Assembly (NCBI GenBank): GCA_041690355.1
Contig: JAWLHK010000008.1
Location: forward strand, 133,374-197,373
DNA from: a bacterium
GTDB lineage: Bacteria > J088 > JAWLBW01
DNA length: 64,000 bases
Reading direction: 5' to 3'
The notes beneath the pieces are model-generated. The model was not told where the DNA came from and made no database searches. It was given only the letters and a program-made list of their open reading frames with translations. The translations under genes and the position numbers were made by a program. Of this stretch, positions 61,529-64,000 are shown piece after piece. Numbering within the stretch: the stretch's first letter is position 1; every line of letters starts with the position of its first letter.

Positions 61529-62862
61529 GCGCCGAGGTTCTCACTCCGCGGGAGATCGTGACCGAGCTCGATCGTTACATCGTGGGCCAGGCGACGGCCA
61601 AGCGCGCCGTCGCGGTGGCGCTGCGCAACCGGTGGCGGCGGCAGCGCATCGACGGCGCGATCCGCGAAGAGGTCCACCCCAAGAACATTCTGCTCATCGG
61701 CCCGACCGGCGTCGGCAAGACCGAGATCGCCCGCCGCCTCGCACGCCTGGCCGACGCGCCGTTCGTCAAGGTCGAGGCGAGCAAGTTCACCGAGGTCGGC
61801 TACGTCGGCCGCGATGTGGAATCGATGGTGCGCGATCTCGTCGAGCTCTCGATCAACATGGTGCGCGAGCGCGAGCAGAAGGTGGTCGAGAAGCGGGCCC
61901 GCGAGCTGGCCGAAGAGGCCGTGCTCGACGCGCTCCTGCCGCGCCCGTCCTCCGGATTCCAGCCGGGCGCCGGCGAGGGGGCCGACGAGTCGCACACGCG
62001 CGAAAAATTCCGCGACATGCTCCGCAGCGGCAAGCTCGACGACCGCAGCATCGAGGTCGACGTGCAGGAGTCGGCCGTCAACTTCGTGGCCATCCCCGGC
62101 ATGGAGGGGATGGAGGGCAACCTGAAAGACATGCTCGGCGACTTCATGCCCAAGAAGAGCCGGCGCCGCAAGATGAAGGTGCCCGACGCCCTGCAGTTCT
62201 TCACCGGCGTCGAGGCCGAAAAGCTCATCGACATGGATCTTGTCGTGCGTACGGCCGTGCAGAAGGCGCAGGAGAACGGGATTATCTTCATCGACGAGAT
62301 CGACAAGATCGCCCGCAGCGGCGGCGCCCACGGCGGCCCCGACGTCTCGCGCGAAGGGGTGCAGCGCGACATCCTGCCCATCGTCGAGGGGAGCACGGTC
62401 AACACGAAGCACGGGCCGGTCAAGACCGATCACGTGCTCTTCATCGCGGCCGGCGCCTTTCACGTCTCGAAGCCGAGCGATCTGATTCCCGAGCTGCAGG
62501 GGCGCTTTCCCATCCGCGTCGAGCTCGAGTCGCTCACCGAGGCCGACTTCGTGCGCATTCTGACGGAACCGCAGAACGCCCTGCTGCGCCAGCAGCGCGC
62601 GCTGATGGCGACCGAAGGGGTCACGCTCGATTTCACGGACGACGGCGTGCAGGAGATCGCCCGCATCGCCGCCGACGTGAACGCGCGCACCGAGAACATC
62701 GGCGCCCGCCGCCTGCACACCATTCTCGAGAAGCTGCTCGAGGAGATCAGTTTCGACGCGCCGGCCCTGTCGGGGCGCGCGTTCACCATCGATGCCGGCT
62801 ATGTCCGGCGTCAACTCGAAGACATCGTCCGCAACGAGGACCTTTCGCGTTACATCCTATGA
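61525..62862 (+). CDS. hslU: ATP-dependent protease ATPase subunit
   Basis: [24 protein letters not shown] and C-terminal DLSRYIL. Confidence 0.95.
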   Translation: MSAEVLTPREIVTELDRYIVGQATAKRAVAVALRNRWRRQRIDGAIREEVHPKNILLIGPTGVGKTEIARRLARLADAPFVKVEASKFTEVGYVGRDVESMVRDLVELSINMVREREQKVVEKRARELAEEAVLDALLPRPSSGFQPGAGEGADESHTREKFRDMLRSGKLDDRSIEVDVQESAVNFVAIPGMEGMEGNLKDMLGDFMPKKSRRRKMKVPDALQFFTGVEAEKLIDMDLVVRTAVQKAQENGIIFIDEIDKIARSGGAHGGPDVSREGVQRDILPIVEGSTVNTKHGPVKTDHVLFIAAGAFHVSKPSDLIPELQGRFPIRVELESLTEADFVRILTEPQNALLRQQRALMATEGVTLDFTDDGVQEIARIAADVNARTENIGARRLHTILEKLLEEISFDAPALSGRAFTIDAGYVRRQLEDIVRNEDLSRYIL

Positions 62863-63770
62863 GCCAGGACGCCGACAAGCGGCAGGCCGAGCGGAATCTG
62901 CGCATCGAACGCGCCAAGATTCTGCAGGAAGCCCTGCCTTACATTCAGCAGTTCAGCGGGTCGACCATCGTCATCAAGTACGGCGGGCACGCCATGGAGA
63001 GCGACGAGCTCAAGCGCAGTTTCGCGCGTGACGTCGCCCTGCTCGACGTGGTCAACATGCGCCCGGTCATCGTGCACGGCGGCGGCCCCCAGATCGGCGC
63101 CCTGCTCGAGCGCCTCAACATCCCCAGCCAGTTCATCGCCGGCCAGCGCGTCACCGATCCGCAGACGATGGAGATCGTCGAGATGGTGCTCACGGGGCGC
63201 GTGAACAAGGAGATCGTCAAGGAGCTGCAGAAGGCCGGCGCCTGGGCGGTGGGTATCTCGGGCAAGGACGGCCGCCTGATCGAGGCCGAAAAGCTCGTGC
63301 TGCCGGGCCCCGACGGCCAGCCCGTCGATCTCGGCCTCGTCGGCCGGGTGCGCGAAGTCAACACCGACGTCATCGAGGCGCTCGAGCGCGCCGGCGGGCT
63401 GATCCCCGTCGTGGCGCCGGTGGGGGGCGACGGCGACGGCAACACCTACAACATCAACGCCGACAACTTCGCCGGGGCGCTCGCGGGCGCGCTGCGGGCC
63501 GAGAAGCTGATTCTCATGACCGACGTCGAAGGCGTGCTCGATTCCGGCGGCAAGCTTATTTCGACCCTCGATCGCGCGACGGCCGAGAAGTTCATCGGCG
63601 ACGGCACGATTCGCGGCGGCATGATCCCCAAGGTGCAGTGCGCCCTCGACGCCCTCGGCGACGGCGTGCGCAAGGTGCATATCATCGACGGCCGCGTGCC
63701 CCACGCGCTTCTGCTTGAAATCTTCACCGACAAGGGGATCGGTACGGAAATCGTCGAGGCGGCGGAATGA
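62859..63770 (+). CDS. argB: Acetylglutamate kinase
   Basis: [22 protein letters not shown] and GGMIPKV. Confidence 0.95.
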   Translation: MSQDADKRQAERNLRIERAKILQEALPYIQQFSGSTIVIKYGGHAMESDELKRSFARDVALLDVVNMRPVIVHGGGPQIGALLERLNIPSQFIAGQRVTDPQTMEIVEMVLTGRVNKEIVKELQKAGAWAVGISGKDGRLIEAEKLVLPGPDGQPVDLGLVGRVREVNTDVIEALERAGGLIPVVAPVGGDGDGNTYNINADNFAGALAGALRAEKLILMTDVEGVLDSGGKLISTLDRATAEKFIGDGTIRGGMIPKVQCALDALGDGVRKVHIIDGRVPHALLLEIFTDKGIGTEIVEAAE

Positions 63771-64000
63771 GCAACGCAGAGTGGGTCGACAAGACCGGCG
63801 CCTTCGTCGCCAACACCTACGGCCGCTTCCCGCTCGCCATGGTACGCGGCGAGGGTTGCTACCTGTGGGACGCCGACGACCGGCGTTACCTGGACTTCGT
63901 CTCCGGGCTCGCGGTGTGCAACCTGGGGCATGCGCACCCGGGGGTGACCGAGGCGATTCGTGAGCAGGCCGGAAAACTCCTCCACGTCAGCAATCTTTTC
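63767..64000 (+). CDS. argD: Acetylornithine aminotransferase (5' part only)
   Basis: Manual translation gives MSNAEW...NTYGRFP...RGEGCYLWD...[18 protein letters not shown]...LHVSNLF. ATGA overlap with argB. Confidence 0.9.
   Translation, partial: MSNAEWVDKTGAFVANTYGRFPLAMVRGEGCYLWDADDRRYLDFVSGLAVCNLGHAHPGVTEAIREQAGKLLHVSNLF

Noticed and set aside
60682-63770. Apparent N-terminal extensions or fusions on HslU (726 aa) and ArgB (712 aa) in the ORF track
   Set aside because: The upstream parts are off-frame readings of neighbouring genes. The real starts are at the ATGA overlaps, 61525 and 62859.

Overview
This window is GC-rich bacterial chromosomal DNA. Its housekeeping gene order suggests a deltaproteobacterial-type organism (Myxococcota/Desulfobacterota-like; inference). 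1-25 kb is accessory and metabolic: a lipid/ketone catabolic run (Baeyer-Villiger monooxygenase, acyl-CoA ligase, SDR, esterase), a penicillin-acylase-family lipoprotein, two TatT/BstC-like TPR proteins, carbonic anhydrase, a Phd-VapC toxin-antitoxin pair, Prx-ZIP-ferritin-like genes, a double START-like protein, a GST, a small-peptide + radical SAM/SPASM pair and a GntR-GMC oxidoreductase unit, interspersed with REP-like and tandem repeats. About 26.3-37.7 kb is a visibly lower-GC island that begins inside a truncated methyltransferase gene. It carries an Ssp-type DNA phosphorothioation module (cysteine desulfurase, DUF4007, large P-loop ATPase, PAPS-reductase family) but no recognisable SspE, SspFGH or BREX PglZ/BrxL. 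Instead it has a two-gene operon (a GIY-YIG-like nuclease with a ~100-aa insertion and a 753-aa DGQHR protein), a small HTH gene with a candidate operator, and a phosphorothioation-associated methyltransferase-like gene. This is the best candidate for an uncharacterised defence system. 38-47 kb holds lipoproteins, an atypical MBL-fold protein, a modular NHL/RCC1 surface protein and a four-His membrane protein-YceI-SDR operon. 47-64 kb is core genome: kdsA-kdsD-kdsC-lptCAB-rpoN-hpf-ptsN-hprK-rapZ-mannose-family PTS-ptsH-ptsI, divergent from xerC-hslVU-argB-argD. All family assignments come from motifs read by eye; no database searches were run.
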